NCBI RefSeq assembly: GCF_009914755.1
Contig: NC_060931.1
Source: the human T2T-CHM13v2.0 reference genome, Homo sapiens
DNA length: 64,000 nucleotides
Direction: 5' to 3' (one strand)
Positions 17,417 to 37,860 of this stretch are shown here, one piece after another. Position 1 is the stretch's first letter. Each line of letters begins with the position of its first letter. A program made the position numbers and the translations under genes. The notes under the pieces were generated by a model. The model was not told the origin of the DNA and did not search any database. It worked only from the letters and a program-made list of their open reading frames with translations.

Positions 17417-19052
17417 ACAAGCCTCTGCCTATGTGCAATTCCAATCTAATCCCAACCCCACCCACTAACCACCACAAAAACTCCAAGCCATTCTCCTTTC
17501 CTTGCTCTCTCAAGCCTCGCTCTCCCCAGAAAGCCTCCTTATACAAGTAATAAACATTTCATAACTTGTGTGTATGTAGCATTATTGATCTGGACATCAA
17601 AACTAAATTGTTGGTGAGGGCCAATTCTGCTTCTGTGGGGTGGTAACAACATATGGTATGTTTGAATATAAGAGGCACATTCTTGCCCCAGGACCCCAAG
17701 GAGTAGAATTCTTCAGTAGAAATAAAGCAAAGGAGGTCATGGTAGGTAGCAGAAATTCTCCCAAAGTGTTCGAGTAGGACTAGTGAAGGTGTAGTTTATT
17801 CAGAGTTTATCTACCCTCTCTGCCATGCACTGTTACTATGAAATTAACACATTTTTGCTATGGATGCTGATGACCATCCCCTGAGTCTGACCAGCTTCCT
17901 TGGAGGAAAACCAAAGAGAAGCAAAATGTATCTGTGCTCTTCATTGCTTCCACACAAAGCAGGAAAAATTCAGCCAGAAGTGCATAGTTTGGATACGTAT
18001 GCTACAAGCACAGATTATTTTGTCACAAGAGAGAGACTTTTTCATGTTGCCTATAAGCTTAGGTTACTTTTCCCAAAACTTCACACAAAATGATTAATAA
18101 TTATTCATTGCTTGGCTGCAATGTTTCCATCCTATTGGCAGATTTGATGAGATGAACACTGCAGATTCTGAAATCAAGCTTATCAGATTAAAATCAAATT
18201 TGCCAACTGAGAGGGAAATGTTCACCAATTTGATGAATACGTGGAATAGAAAAATTGGTTTGTCTCATATATATAGGATACTGCATTTGGTAAATAGAAA
18301 ACAAACATCCTCTCAAGAAAAAAAAACTTTTAAAAAGCATTTCATTTTCGCTTTGAAATGCTTTAGGAGCAATGCATTAGAAAGTATACTAAGAGTACAC
18401 CAGAAGTTCTTTCTCTTTTTTCTTTTTCATATTTTATTATTCTTATTTTTTCTGCATCTCAGAAGCTGGGCATGGGACAGTTCTGAAAGATGGAACTTCA
18501 GAAAATTATTCTTGTCTGTTTTGTAGTTTCACAAGTCATTCTGTATCCATTTATTCATTTCCTATTAGTGACTAAATGAATGTCTTTAATGTCTCTTTAC
18601 AGATGAGAGCCCAGGAGATAGGTAGACAAGAACTTTATCACTGATCACCACCAACCAGTGATTACTGAGCATCCTCCATGGTCATGACAAGATACAGATG
18701 ACGGGAAACAAGAGTGGGTTAATCCAGAGAATATTACACTTCCTATAAAGCTGGAACTTGTCTTCTGGAATAGAGATGTTTATAAGAACAGAGATAGAAA
18801 TATTTAAGTAATTTTTTAAAACTGAAAAATTACAGCCAGTAGTTACTATGCCTTATTCACTCCACCATCTAACATAGCACCTAGTATGCAGTAGGCACAT
18901 AATAAATGCAAAAGAAAATAAACATGTGAATTTGAATCATTAAATAATTTTGCTGGCCATCAAAATTATTTTATATTAACACACTGATCAATTAAAGATG
19001 GAGATAGCTAAATCATTCTATTGTTAAAATTAGTCTGAGCAGCATGCTCTAA

Positions 19053-19614
<562 letters not shown>

Positions 19615-20204
19615 ATGTTTTTTCAAATTTGTATAGCATGATGGGCACAGTTATTGTAGTTTTATTTGCATATTTTTATTTCTAGTGAGATGGAGCATCT
19701 TTTAATATTTTATTAGTCACTCAAGTTTACTCTTCTGCTCTCCATAAATTGTCTCACAAGTTTTTCCTCATTTTTATACTGAGGTTTTTATTATCTTTTT
19801 CCTATTGATTTGTAGGCGTTCTTTATGCATCCTGAATACCAACCCTCTGTTGGTTATGCATACTGAAAATAAATTCAGTAGATTATCTTTTATATTTCAT
19901 TAAGATATTTTTGATACAGTGTTTATTTTAATTGATGAGCTTTTCATTCACAATCACAGCAGTATTGTTCACAAAAATGAAAAAACTGAAAGCATTCTAA
20001 TAATATATCATGAGGAAAATGGAAAAATAAATACATTTGGATATACTCAAACAATGTAATTTTATGCAACAGTGAATTAGAGCTATACATATAAGCACAG
20101 ATAAATCTCATAAACAAAACATTGAATGAAAAATGCAAGTTGGAGAAGACAAAATGCAATATTAACATACTTAAACCTTAAAAAACCTTTAAAATGATTT
20201 AACG

Positions 20205-20520
20205 GGCCAGGCAGGGTGGCTCACACCTATGATCCCAGCACTTTGGGAGGCAGAGGTAGGCAGATTGCTTGAGCCCACGTGTTTGAGACCATCCTGGGAA
20301 ACATGGCAAAACCTTGTCTCTACAAAAAAATACACAAAAAATACAAAATTAGCCAGGTGTGGTAGCACACGCCTCCAGTCCCAGCTGCCTGGGAGTCTGA
20401 TGTGGGAGGATCACCTGAGCCCAGGGAAGTCGAGGCTGCAGTGAGCCATGATTGTGCCACTCTACTCCAGCCTGGGTGACAGAGTGAGACCTTGTCTCTA
20501 AAAAATAAAATAAAATAAAA
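20205..20520 (+). mobile_element. Alu, AluJ-like
   Basis: Dimeric Alu with gcttgagccc and gaggctgcagtgagccatg diagnostics; TSD taaaat(g/a)atttaac. Confidence 0.93.
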
Positions 20521-20985
20521 TAATTTAACTTAAAGTATAAAGAAACATGTGAGAAAACAAACTTCAAAGTCAAGTTTATCATACAGTTCTTTGAATGTCT
20601 TCATATTTTTGCATGTTGAAATAATAGTTATTGAATGCAGCAGCAGTTCTGGTGTCACTTTCTCTAGTGAGCTAGATCAGGCTTCCCCTGCAGCCATGTT
20701 GAAGAAACTTACAACTGGCACTGATCCTTCACCATCCATTCCTAAGAGGGTGTCTTTCAGGATGAGGAGATTGAGATCATTGCCAATACTCAGCCACATT
20801 ATGTCACCTTTACAGACATAACATGACTGATCACTGATACTGCAACTAGTCAAGTTACAATGAACTCCGCAATATGATTATTGGGGCCCAGTGTATGCTT
20901 GGGCAATGATTTGATTACTCAACTCTCCAGTAAGACAGGCAGTCTAGGTAGAGTACAAAGAGGAGATTTAAAATTTCTGGCTTAA

Positions 20986-21628
<643 letters not shown>

Positions 21629-21959
21629 TTAAAATTTTGGTTTGAACGAAATGAACGAAATTATAGGAGCTCACTTTGGCAAGCTGGGACATCACCACAG
21701 TACCAGAGCTTTAATGACTCTCAGTGCCAAGGTGCAAACAATGCTATAAATGTTACTGGTCTCTGTATTGCCAGTTACCCAAATGCCACTGCTACTGCTT
21801 AAGGCTTGATCAGGATGGTTGCTGTCAAACAAAATGTGTTGATCTTTGACACAGAAAGCAGCATTTTTTATGTATCCATCCTCACTTGTGAAGATGGTAT
21901 CCTTGATGTCTAGTTTTCAACTAAGGACATTTTTTGGGTGGATAAAACTTCCTTAACCC

Positions 21960-22275
21960 AGCTGGGCATGGTAGCTCATGCCTGTAATCCCAGCACTTTG
22001 GGAGGCCGAGGCAGGCAGATCACTTGAGGTCAGGGGTTTGAGACAAGCTTGGCCAACATGGTGAAACCCCGTCTCTTCTAAAAATACAAATTTTAGCTGA
22101 GCATGGTGGTGGGCACCTGTAATCTCAACTACTCGGGAGGCTGAGGTAGGAGAATCCCTTGAACCCGGGAGGCAGAGGTTTGCAGTGAGCTGAGATCATG
22201 CCAGTGCACTCCAGCCTGGGTGACAGAGCAAGACTCTATCTCAAAAAACAAACAAAAACAAAAACAAAAACAAAC
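21960..22275 (+). mobile_element. Alu (AluS)
   Basis: 15-bp TSD aaaacttccttaacc (21944-21958, 22276-22290). Confidence 0.95.
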
Positions 22276-24434
22276 AAAACTTCCTTAACCAAATGTCAAC
22301 CATATGAATGTCAAAGTCAAGAGCAAATTAATAAAGACATTAATGAAAACAAGAAATCTATCTGAGTACTGTCTGGAGGCCTGAGGATCAACCGGCCCTG
22401 TCTGACACTTATGTTAAAAATGCACACCATCAGGAGGCTTAACACGAAGGCCTAGCTCACCTGCTCCTGGCTCCTGAGCACGACATTCAGGGGCCTGGAG
22501 ACCACCACACCCACTACTGCCAGTATCCATGTACTCCTCCCAGGAGCCTGAGGATGGATCCTCACAGCCTGCTGCCACCAACACCAGTGAGACCCACCTG
22601 CCCACACCACCTGGAGGCCTGGAGACTGGCCTTACCAAACTATTACCGTCATTGCTGGCACCAACACACGTAACCTTGGGTTACAAGAGTTGACCCACCA
22701 TAGCTACCACCATGGCTGATGCCACAAATGCTGCCTAGAAGCCCAAGGACACCCCACCAAACCACAAATTCTACTGCTGCCACAGTTGACACCTGAACAA
22801 GCTGCCTGGAAACCCAAGAATTGGCCTATTTGGACTCACTAACACCAGTGCCTGCATATGTTGCCCAGGGACCCAAGGATAGGTATGCTTAGCCCACCGT
22901 TACCACCATGGGGGCCTGAAGACTAGCCTGCCTTGCCTAGCCATTCCCAGCAAAGCCTAACCACAGCCTCCACTAACAAGGGCAACCTAAGCCACTGAGA
23001 AAATCACAGGCACCACTGATGCTGACTGTAGCCAAAGAAATCATTCAAAGACTATACTGCAACACATACCCAGAATCAAAGCTAAAGCACCTATACAACT
23101 AACACTATAGATATATGTACAGAAAAAGTCCTTCCCCATAAAAACCAATCCAAAAAAAATGGAAGAAGTGACTGTTACACCAGAAGTGCAGATATCAACA
23201 TAAAGACACAAGAAATATGAAAAAGCAAGGAACATGATATCTCCAAAGGATCACAATAATTCTTCAGCAATAGATTCTAATGGGAGGGATAAAACCTGTA
23301 AAATGCCAGAAAAATAATTCAAAATAATGGCATTAAAGAAGCTCAGTGAGATACAAGGAAACACAGATAAACAATACAAATAAGTTAGAAAAACATAAAA
23401 TTAGAAATTAGAAATTCATGATCTGAATGAGAAATTCAGTAAAGAGATAAATATCATTAAGAAAGAACCACACTGAAATCCTGGAACTGAAGAAATCAAT
23501 GAATGCAATCAAGAACTTTAACAATAGACTAGATGTAGCAGAAGAAATAATTTCTAAACTTAAAGGCAGGTCTTTTAAATAACCCCACCCTCCCCCACCA
23601 AAAAAAAAAGAATAAAAAAGAATGAACATGTGGGATACAATCAAGTGACCAAATATTCAAATTTTGGGTTTTCCAGAAGGAGAAGAGATGAGCAAAGACA
23701 TAGAAAAGCTATTTAATGAAGTAATAGCGGAAAACTTCCCATGTCTCCATGTCTTACAAGAGAAATAGATAGCCAGATACAGAAAGCTCAAATATACCCC
23801 AAATAGAATCAAGCAAAAAGGCCTTCTCTGAGGTACATTATAGCCAAACTGTCAAAAGTCAGTAATAAAGACAGAATTCTAAAACAGTGAGAGAAAAGCA
23901 TATAGTCACTTAGAAGGGAACCTTACCAGACTAACATTGGATTTCTCAGCAGAAGTCTTACAGGCCAGAAGAAAATGAGATGATATATTCAAAGTACTGA
24001 AGGAAAAAAAAGACTGAGAACCAAGAAAACTATACCCAGTAAATCCATCCTTCAAAATGGAGAAATAAAATCTTTCCAGACAAGCAAAAACTGAGGAAAT
24101 TTATTACCGGTAAAGCAGCCCTACGAGAAATGTTTATGTGAGTCCTACATTTGAAAGTGAATGGATGATATCTAACATCATGAAAACACAAAAAAGTATA
24201 AAACTCACTGGTAGAGCAGACACACAAATGAGAAAGAGATGGGACTAAAATTTTACCACTACAGAAAACCAGCAAACTGCTATGACAAACAATAAGACAG
24301 AAAGAATGGAATAAAGGATATACAAAGCAACCAGAAAACAATGAACAATATGATGAAAACAAAACTTCATACGTCAATAATAAATTTGAATGTAAGTGGA
24401 TTAAATTACCCAATTAAAAGATATATACTGGCTA

Positions 24435-24863
<429 letters not shown>

Positions 24864-25551
24864 TCAAAATCATGCAGAAGTATCTAACGTATATCAGATA
24901 AAACAGGCTTTTTAGTCAAAAATAGTAAGAAGAGACAAATAAGGTCATTATATAATGATAAAGGGGTCGATTCAGCAAGAAGATATAATAATTTTGAATA
25001 TATGTACACCCAACACCAAAGGAACCAGATATATAAATCATACGGTATTAGATCTAACAGAAAATCATTACAGCCAACAGATTTTTGACAAAGGTGTCAA
25101 AAACATATATTGGGAAAAGAACAGTCTCCTCAATAAATGGTGCTGGGTAAACTGGATATTCATATGCAGAAGAATAAAACTGGATCCCTGTTTCTTCCCA
25201 TATACAAAATACAAAAATCAACTCAAATGGATTAAGGACTTAAACAAGAGACTCAAGACTATAAAACTTCTAGAAGAAACCATAGGGGAAAACACTTCAG
25301 GACATTCATTTAGGCAAAAATTTTATGGTAAGACCTCAAAAACACAGGCAACTAAAACAAAAATAGATGAATGAGATGATATTAAACTAAAAAGATTCTG
25401 CACAGCAAAGGAAACAATCAACAGAGTAAAAAGATATTTTCCAAAGAAGACATACAAAAAGCCAACTGGTAATGAAAAAATACTTAACAGCGCTAACACA
25501 AATCAAAATCACAGTGAGATATTTTCTTACCCCAGTTGGAATAGCTATTAC

Positions 25552-25586
<35 letters not shown>

Positions 25587-25705
25587 CTGTGGAGGATGCA
25601 GAGAAAAGGAAACTCTTATACACTGCTGGTGGAGATGTAAATTACTATAGCCATTATGAAAAATAGTATAGAGGTTCCTCAAAAAGTTAAAAATAGAATT
25701 ACCAT

Positions 25706-26010
<305 letters not shown>

Positions 26011-26660
26011 TTACCATATAATCCAGCAATTTCACTGCTGATTATTTATCCAAAGGAAAAGAAATTAATATATCAACACAACTCACAATAACCAAGATAT
26101 GAACTAAACTTAAGTATCCATCAATGAATAAATGGATAAAGAAAATGTAGCACAATATGTTCACAATAGAATGCTATTTAGCCACAAAAAAGAATAAAAT
26201 CCTGTCATTTGCAGCAACGTGGGTGGAACTGGAGGTCACCATGTTAAGAGAAGTAAGCCAGGCACAGAAAGACAAAAATATCACATGTTCTCAATGACAC
26301 GTGGGAACTAAAAAAAGTTGATCTCATGAAGGTAAAGAATAGAATGATAGCTAACAGGAGCTGAGAAGGGTGTATGGGGGAGGAGAATAGGGAGAGAAGT
26401 TAGTTAATGGATAAAAATAAACAGCTTCTGTCCAAGATGGCCAAATAGGAACAGCTCCAGTCTGCAGTTCCCAGCGTGATTGACGTAGAAGACGGGTGAT
26501 TTCTGCATTTCCAAGGTACCTGGTGCATCTCATTGGGACTGGTTGGACAGTGGGTGCAGCCCACTGAGGGTGAGCCAAAGCAGGGTGGGGCATCGCCTCA
26601 CCCAGGAAGCGCAAGGGGTCAGGGGTTTTCCCTTTCCTAGTCAAGGGAAGCTGTGAAAGA

Positions 26661-26855
26661 CTATACCAGGAAAATCAGGACTCCCGCCTTAATACTGCAC
26701 TTTTCCAATGCTCTTAGCAAATGGTACACCAGGAGATTATATCCCATACCTGGCTCAGCAGGTCCCATGTCCACGGAGCCTTGCTCACTGCTAGCGCAGC
26801 AGTCCAAGATGGAACTGCCAGGCAGCAGCCTGGCTGGGGGAGGGGCATCCGCCAT
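26661..26855 (-). CDS. L1 antisense ORF0-like ORF (64 aa); translation unproven
   Basis: MADAPPPARLLPGSSILDCCASSEQGSV...EPGMGYNL, ORF0 homologue. Confidence 0.5.
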   Translation of the reverse strand: MADAPPPARLLPGSSILDCCASSEQGSVDMGPAEPGMGYNLLVYHLLRALEKCSIKAGVLIFLV

Positions 26856-27422
26856 TGCTGAGGCTTGAGTAGGAAAACAAAGCGGCCAGGAAGCTTGAAC
26901 TGGGTGGAGCCCACCGCAACTCAACGAGGCCTGCCTGCCTCTGTATACTCCAAAGGCAGCAGAAACTTCTGCAGACCTAAACTCCCCTGTCTGAAAGCTC
27001 TGAAGAGAGCAGTGCTTCTCCCAGCATGGTGTTTGAGCTCTGAGAATGGACAGACTGCATCCTCAAGTGGGTCCCTGAATCCCATGTAGCCTACCTGGGA
27101 GACACCTCCCAGTAGAGGCCGACTGACACCTCATACAGCTGGGTGACCCTCTGAGATGAAGCTTCCAGAGGAAGGATCAGGGAGCAGTATTTGCTGTTCT
27201 GCAATATGTGCTGCTCTGCAGCCTCTGCTGGTAATACCCAGCAAACAGGGTCTGGACTGGACCTCCAGCGAACTCCAACACACCTACAACTGAGGGACCT
27301 GACTGTTAGAAGGAAAACTAACAGAAAGGAATAGCATCAACATCAACAAAAAGGACATCCACACCAAAACCCCATCTGTAGGTCACCATCATCAAAGACC
27401 AAAGGTAGATAAAACCACAAAG

Positions 27423-28445
27423 ATGGGGAGAAAACAGAGCAGAAAAGCTGAAAATTCTAAAAACCAGAGTGCCTCTTCTCCTCCAAAGGATCGCAGCTCC
27501 TCACCAGCAATGGAACAAAGCTGGATGGAGAATGACTTCAACGACTTGACAGAAGTAGGCTTCAGAAGGTCAGTAGTAACAAACTTCTCCAAGCTAAAGG
27601 AGGATGTTCAAATCCATCACAAGGAACTAAAAACCTTGAAAAAAGATTAGACAAATGGCTAACTAGAATAAACAGCATAGAGAAGACCTTAAATGACCTG
27701 ATGGAGCTGAAAACCATGGCACAAGAACTACATGACGCATGCACAAGCTTCAGTAGCCGATTCGATCAAGTGGAAGAAAGGGTATCAGTGATTGAAGATC
27801 AAATTAATAAAATGAAGTAAGAAGAGAAGTTTAGAGAAAAAAGAGTAAAAAGAAACAAACAAAGCCTCCAAGAAATATGGGACTACTTGAAAAGACCAAA
27901 TCTACATTTGATTGGTGTACCTGAAAGTGATGGGGAGAATGGAACCAAGCTGGAAAACACTCTTCAGTATATTATCCAGGAAAACCTCCCCAACCTAGCA
28001 AGACAGGCCAACATTCAAATTCAAGAAACACAGAGACCACCACAAAAATACCTCTAGAGAAGGGCAACCCCAAGACACATAATTGTCACATTCACCAAGG
28101 TTGAGATGTAGGAAAAAAGTTAAGGGCAGCCAGAGAGAAAGGTCGGGTTACCTACAAAGGGAAGCCCATCAGACTAACAGCAGATCACTCAGCAGAAACT
28201 CTACAAGCCAGAAGACAGTGGGGGCCAATATTCAACATTCTTAAAGAAAAGAATTTTCAACCCAGGATTTCATATCCAGCCAAACTAAGCCTCATAAGTG
28301 AAGGAGAAATAAAATCCTCTACAGACAAGCAAATGCTGAGAGATTTTGTACCACCAGGCCTGCCTTACAAGAGCTTCTGAAGGAAGCACTAAGCATGGAA
28401 AGAAACAACCGGTACCAGCCACTGCAAAAACATACCAAATTGTAA
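27423..28445 (+). pseudogene. L1 ORF1p, disrupted
   Basis: MGRKQSRKAENSKNQSASSPPK start; frameshift and stops downstream. Confidence 0.9.
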
Positions 28446-28508
28446 AGACCATCGAGGCTAGGAAGAAACTGCATCAACTAACAGGCAAAATAACCAGCTA
28501 ACATCATA

Positions 28509-32335
<3,827 letters not shown>

Positions 32336-32549
32336 GCAATGAGAACACTTGGACACAGGATGGGGAACATCACACACCAGGGCCTGTCATGGGATGGAGG
32401 GATGGGGGGGATAGCATTGGGAGAAATACTTAATGTAAATGATGAATTAATGCGTGCAGCAAACCAACATGGCACATGTATGCATATGTAACAAACCTGC
32501 ACGTTTTACACACGTACCCTAGAACTCAAAGTATAATAAAAAAAAAATA

Positions 32550-32850
<301 letters not shown>

Positions 32851-32872
32851 AAAAAAAATAATAATAATAATA

Positions 32873-34690
32873 AGTAAGCCAGAAAAAAGAAACCCACATA
32901 GGAGAGTTGGAATGAAAAATGCTAGGAATAGGGGAGGGGAACATCCTGCTGAAGACTCAGGGAAAAGCACTGCACTGCAAAATAACTAGCATAAGAACCA
33001 GAAGAAATTTCCTTGGTGTATTAATTAGGATGTACATCAAGAATTTAATGAAATAGGAGCCCAAATCCGAAAGACAGGAAAAAAACACATCAAGATAAGC
33101 GGTAAAATTGAAGAATTTTTACCTTTTTAAACAAAAGATACAAGAGGTAAAAAGGAACAAAAGGAAAATTGAAGAATCATAGAGACAAGAAGAGGATGCC
33201 AAGCACAAAAGCCAAATTAAATCTGGTTTGAAAGCAGCAAAGAGCAGAATTCACAATGCAGACATGGACTGGTAATGACAAAGGTGAATTTAAGCCGTTT
33301 TACCAGAAAGAGATAAAAATGTTGAAAGGGAAAGTTATAGGTGTGTAAGATACAGAACAGAGAAACAGAGATTCAACAATAAAGTTATAGTTAGTTTGGG
33401 GGATGGGAATACTTTTGAATGCTTTCTCAATAGCAAATGCTACTCCTATCAAATGGGAGTGATCTCAAGTCAGATATCTTTTCATGGGGACCTGCATGAC
33501 TCTTCCTCCATGCTGCCTGTGCGTTTACTCTAGAAGCTTCAATATCTCCTTACTGAGGAGCCTCAGGAGGTGGAAGTAAAGGGTGGGTTTTCTTGTCTCA
33601 CTTGTTTTTATTGGTGCCAGCATTTGGGGTAGACCCCATGCTTAGAAATTTATAGCCAGAGAGCTATAAACTTAGGCCTGAGAGGGGGAATGTGTCACAT
33701 AACAGGCAGGGGTGGGTTGCATGGACGTTATAAAAGGCAAATGTTGAGTCTTAGGTCCTAAAATCCCGAGGTCAAAGCATTAACTCGAGACATGTCCATT
33801 GCTAGTGTTCACTGCAACCTAGAGTAAACTGAGCCCATAGTCTATGCATACTTAGGAGGCCACTCTACTCTTTTCCGTTGCTGGCCCTTAGACCGAGGAC
33901 AGCAATGACAGGGCAGCTGGGCAGTAGAAGGGAACAGCTTGAACTCAAAGTTCCAGATTATCAGTGGGTACCAGCTCCTCAGCTTGGGAATGTTCCTAAC
34001 AATATTCCTGGAAAACAAACAAATAAATGGAACCACTGGAAAAGCCACAAAGCAGAACACTTCAGTGTATAGACTGAAAGGCTCACTTCACTTTAGGCAA
34101 GATTAATAACATCAGATCTATATTTAGCCATATTCCAGGGAATATTTAAATTGCAGGGATAGAGACAAAATTCCAGAAGTATTCAAGCAGAAACAACAAC
34201 AACAACATCAAAAACAAAAACATTTTAATTGTAAAGGAATAAAAATATCAAACTGGGCTGGGCCTGCAATGCTAAATGGCAGAAGCCAATGAGGAAATGT
34301 CGGTGGATCATGAGCTCAATGTTTGTGTTCCAGCTACTGTTGCTGCAAAACAAAGAAACCCAGGACGTGGTGGCTCTTAGCAGCTCATGAATAAACCTAC
34401 CATGGTTCTCTGATGGAGTTTACTGATTTCTGTTCACTTTTCTCCTCCACTTCAAAACATGCTCAGATCATACGGTAGTCAAAAAGCAAAAGAAAGCCAC
34501 CAGGTTGCTCATGCCTCATCAGCATTTTAAAAAGCTGCATTGTGTCTCGTTTCACAATGTGAAATTTGATCACTTTTACACAACTATTTTATGGGTCTGA
34601 AAAGTGCTGTGTATCCCTAAGAAGCTTTCTAGGGGAAGGTCTTGTTATATTAATTGTTGAATAAATCTCCCTAAAAATGAAAAAAAATTA
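32873..34690 (+). other. L1-mediated 3' transduced segment (~1.8 kb) with terminal poly(A) remnant
   Basis: Lies between the L1 tail and the second TSD copy (aaaaataaacag 26413-26424 / aaaaatcaacag 34691-34702); ends AATAAA-tctccct-A-rich tail; the host L1MA 3' UTR resumes right after. Confidence 0.85.
34660..34665 (+). terminator. Polyadenylation signal used by the transducing L1 transcript
   Basis: AATAAA 7 nt upstream of the A-rich run 34673-34690. Confidence 0.7.
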
Positions 34691-34960
34691 AAAAATCAAC
34701 AGTTAGATAGAAGGAATAAGTTCTAGTGTTCAATAGCACAGCAGGGTGACTGTAGTTAACGATAATATATTGTATATTTCAAAATAGCTAAAAGAGAATA
34801 TTTGAAACATTCCCAACACAAAGAAATGATAAATGTTTAAGGTGACAAATATCCTAAATACCCTGATTTGATCATTACACATTGTATGTATGTATCAAAA
34901 TATCACATATACCTTATAAATATGTGCATATATTATTTAACAGTAAGAAATAAAGTAAAA
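34691..34960 (+). mobile_element. Remainder of the L1MA4-like 3' UTR
   Basis: acagttagatagaaggaataagttctagtgttc...cccaacacaaagaaatgataaatgttt continues directly from ...ttagttaatggataaaaataaacag at 26424. Confidence 0.9.
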
Positions 34961-35074
34961 AATTACACTGTGGGGAAAATAGGTGCGGAACCAGATAGTA
35001 GTGATGGTTGCACATTATGAATATAATAAATGCCACTGAATTGTAAACTTAAAAAATGATTACAGGAGACTAGG

Positions 35075-35390
35075 TCACATAGCAGTTAGTGATGCAGATG
35101 CTTGACCCACACTGCCTAGGTTCAAATCCCAGTTCTGCCATTTATGAGCTGTGTGAGGCTGGGCACAGTGGCTCATGCTTGTAATCTCAGCCCTTTGGGA
35201 AGCTAAGGAAGGAGGATTGCTTGAGGCCAGGAGTTAGAGGTTTCAGTGACTTATCATCATACCACTGTATTCTCAGCCCACATGACAGAGCAAGACTCTA
35301 TCTTTAAAATAATTTTTTTAATATATGAGCTGTGTGACCTTGAACAAGTTATTTAACCTCTCTGTGCTTCACATCCTTCAACCATAAGGC
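35075..35390 (+). mobile_element. MIR interrupted by a monomeric Alu (35157-35310)
   Basis: gggttcaaatcccagttctgccatttatgagctgtgtga|Alu|tatgagctgtgtgaccttgaacaagttatttaacctctctgtgcttca. Confidence 0.85.
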
Positions 35391-35949
35391 AACATTGATA
35401 ATCAAAGCATCAACTTCCTATGCCAGTTATTTTGAGCTAAATATCAATAGCACCCCCTTCAGTTTGAAAAAATCCCAGTTCAGAGAACAAATTACATGGT
35501 CATTCAACTCTCATTGATCCACTCTTGAAGATGTTGCCAGACCAGAGAGTAGAGTGTATATTCTACATAATCACAAAATGTAAGACACTCAAAATTTTTA
35601 CAAGAAATCTGATGACAGTTCTTTAAAAAAAAAAAAAACTACATGAACTTTAGTATATATACACGAGGGGTTATTCTGAAAACTTGAAATGGGAGCACAT
35701 AAAAATGAAATTCATGTCCTGAAGAATAATGTTCCTTTCAAAAGAGGCAACAAATATAGTAGAAATATTTTATAACAAATATTTTATAAAGAAGATAAAA
35801 ACAACTAAATGAAATGTGACCTAATGCTGGTAATTGTCCTTGGAGTAGAAGGTTAGAAGTGCTTGTTTTTTTCTTTTTCTATATCTCTACAGTTCCCAGT
35901 TATTTTACAGTAGGCACATATTACTTTTATAATCAAAAAGATTTTTTTA

Positions 35950-37860
<1,911 letters not shown>

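Noticed and set aside
18152-18526. 124-aa ORF in unique sequence
   Set aside because: Low-complexity, AT-rich composition with no recognisable domain or exon structure.
18603-18715. Plus-strand exon after tgtctctttacag
   Set aside because: The acceptor is plausible but the donor is weak and there is no supporting context.
34961-35010. Continuation of the HSP70 pseudogene after the L1MA
   Set aside because: Similarity is too weak, and the following sequence resembles an old L1 3' UTR.
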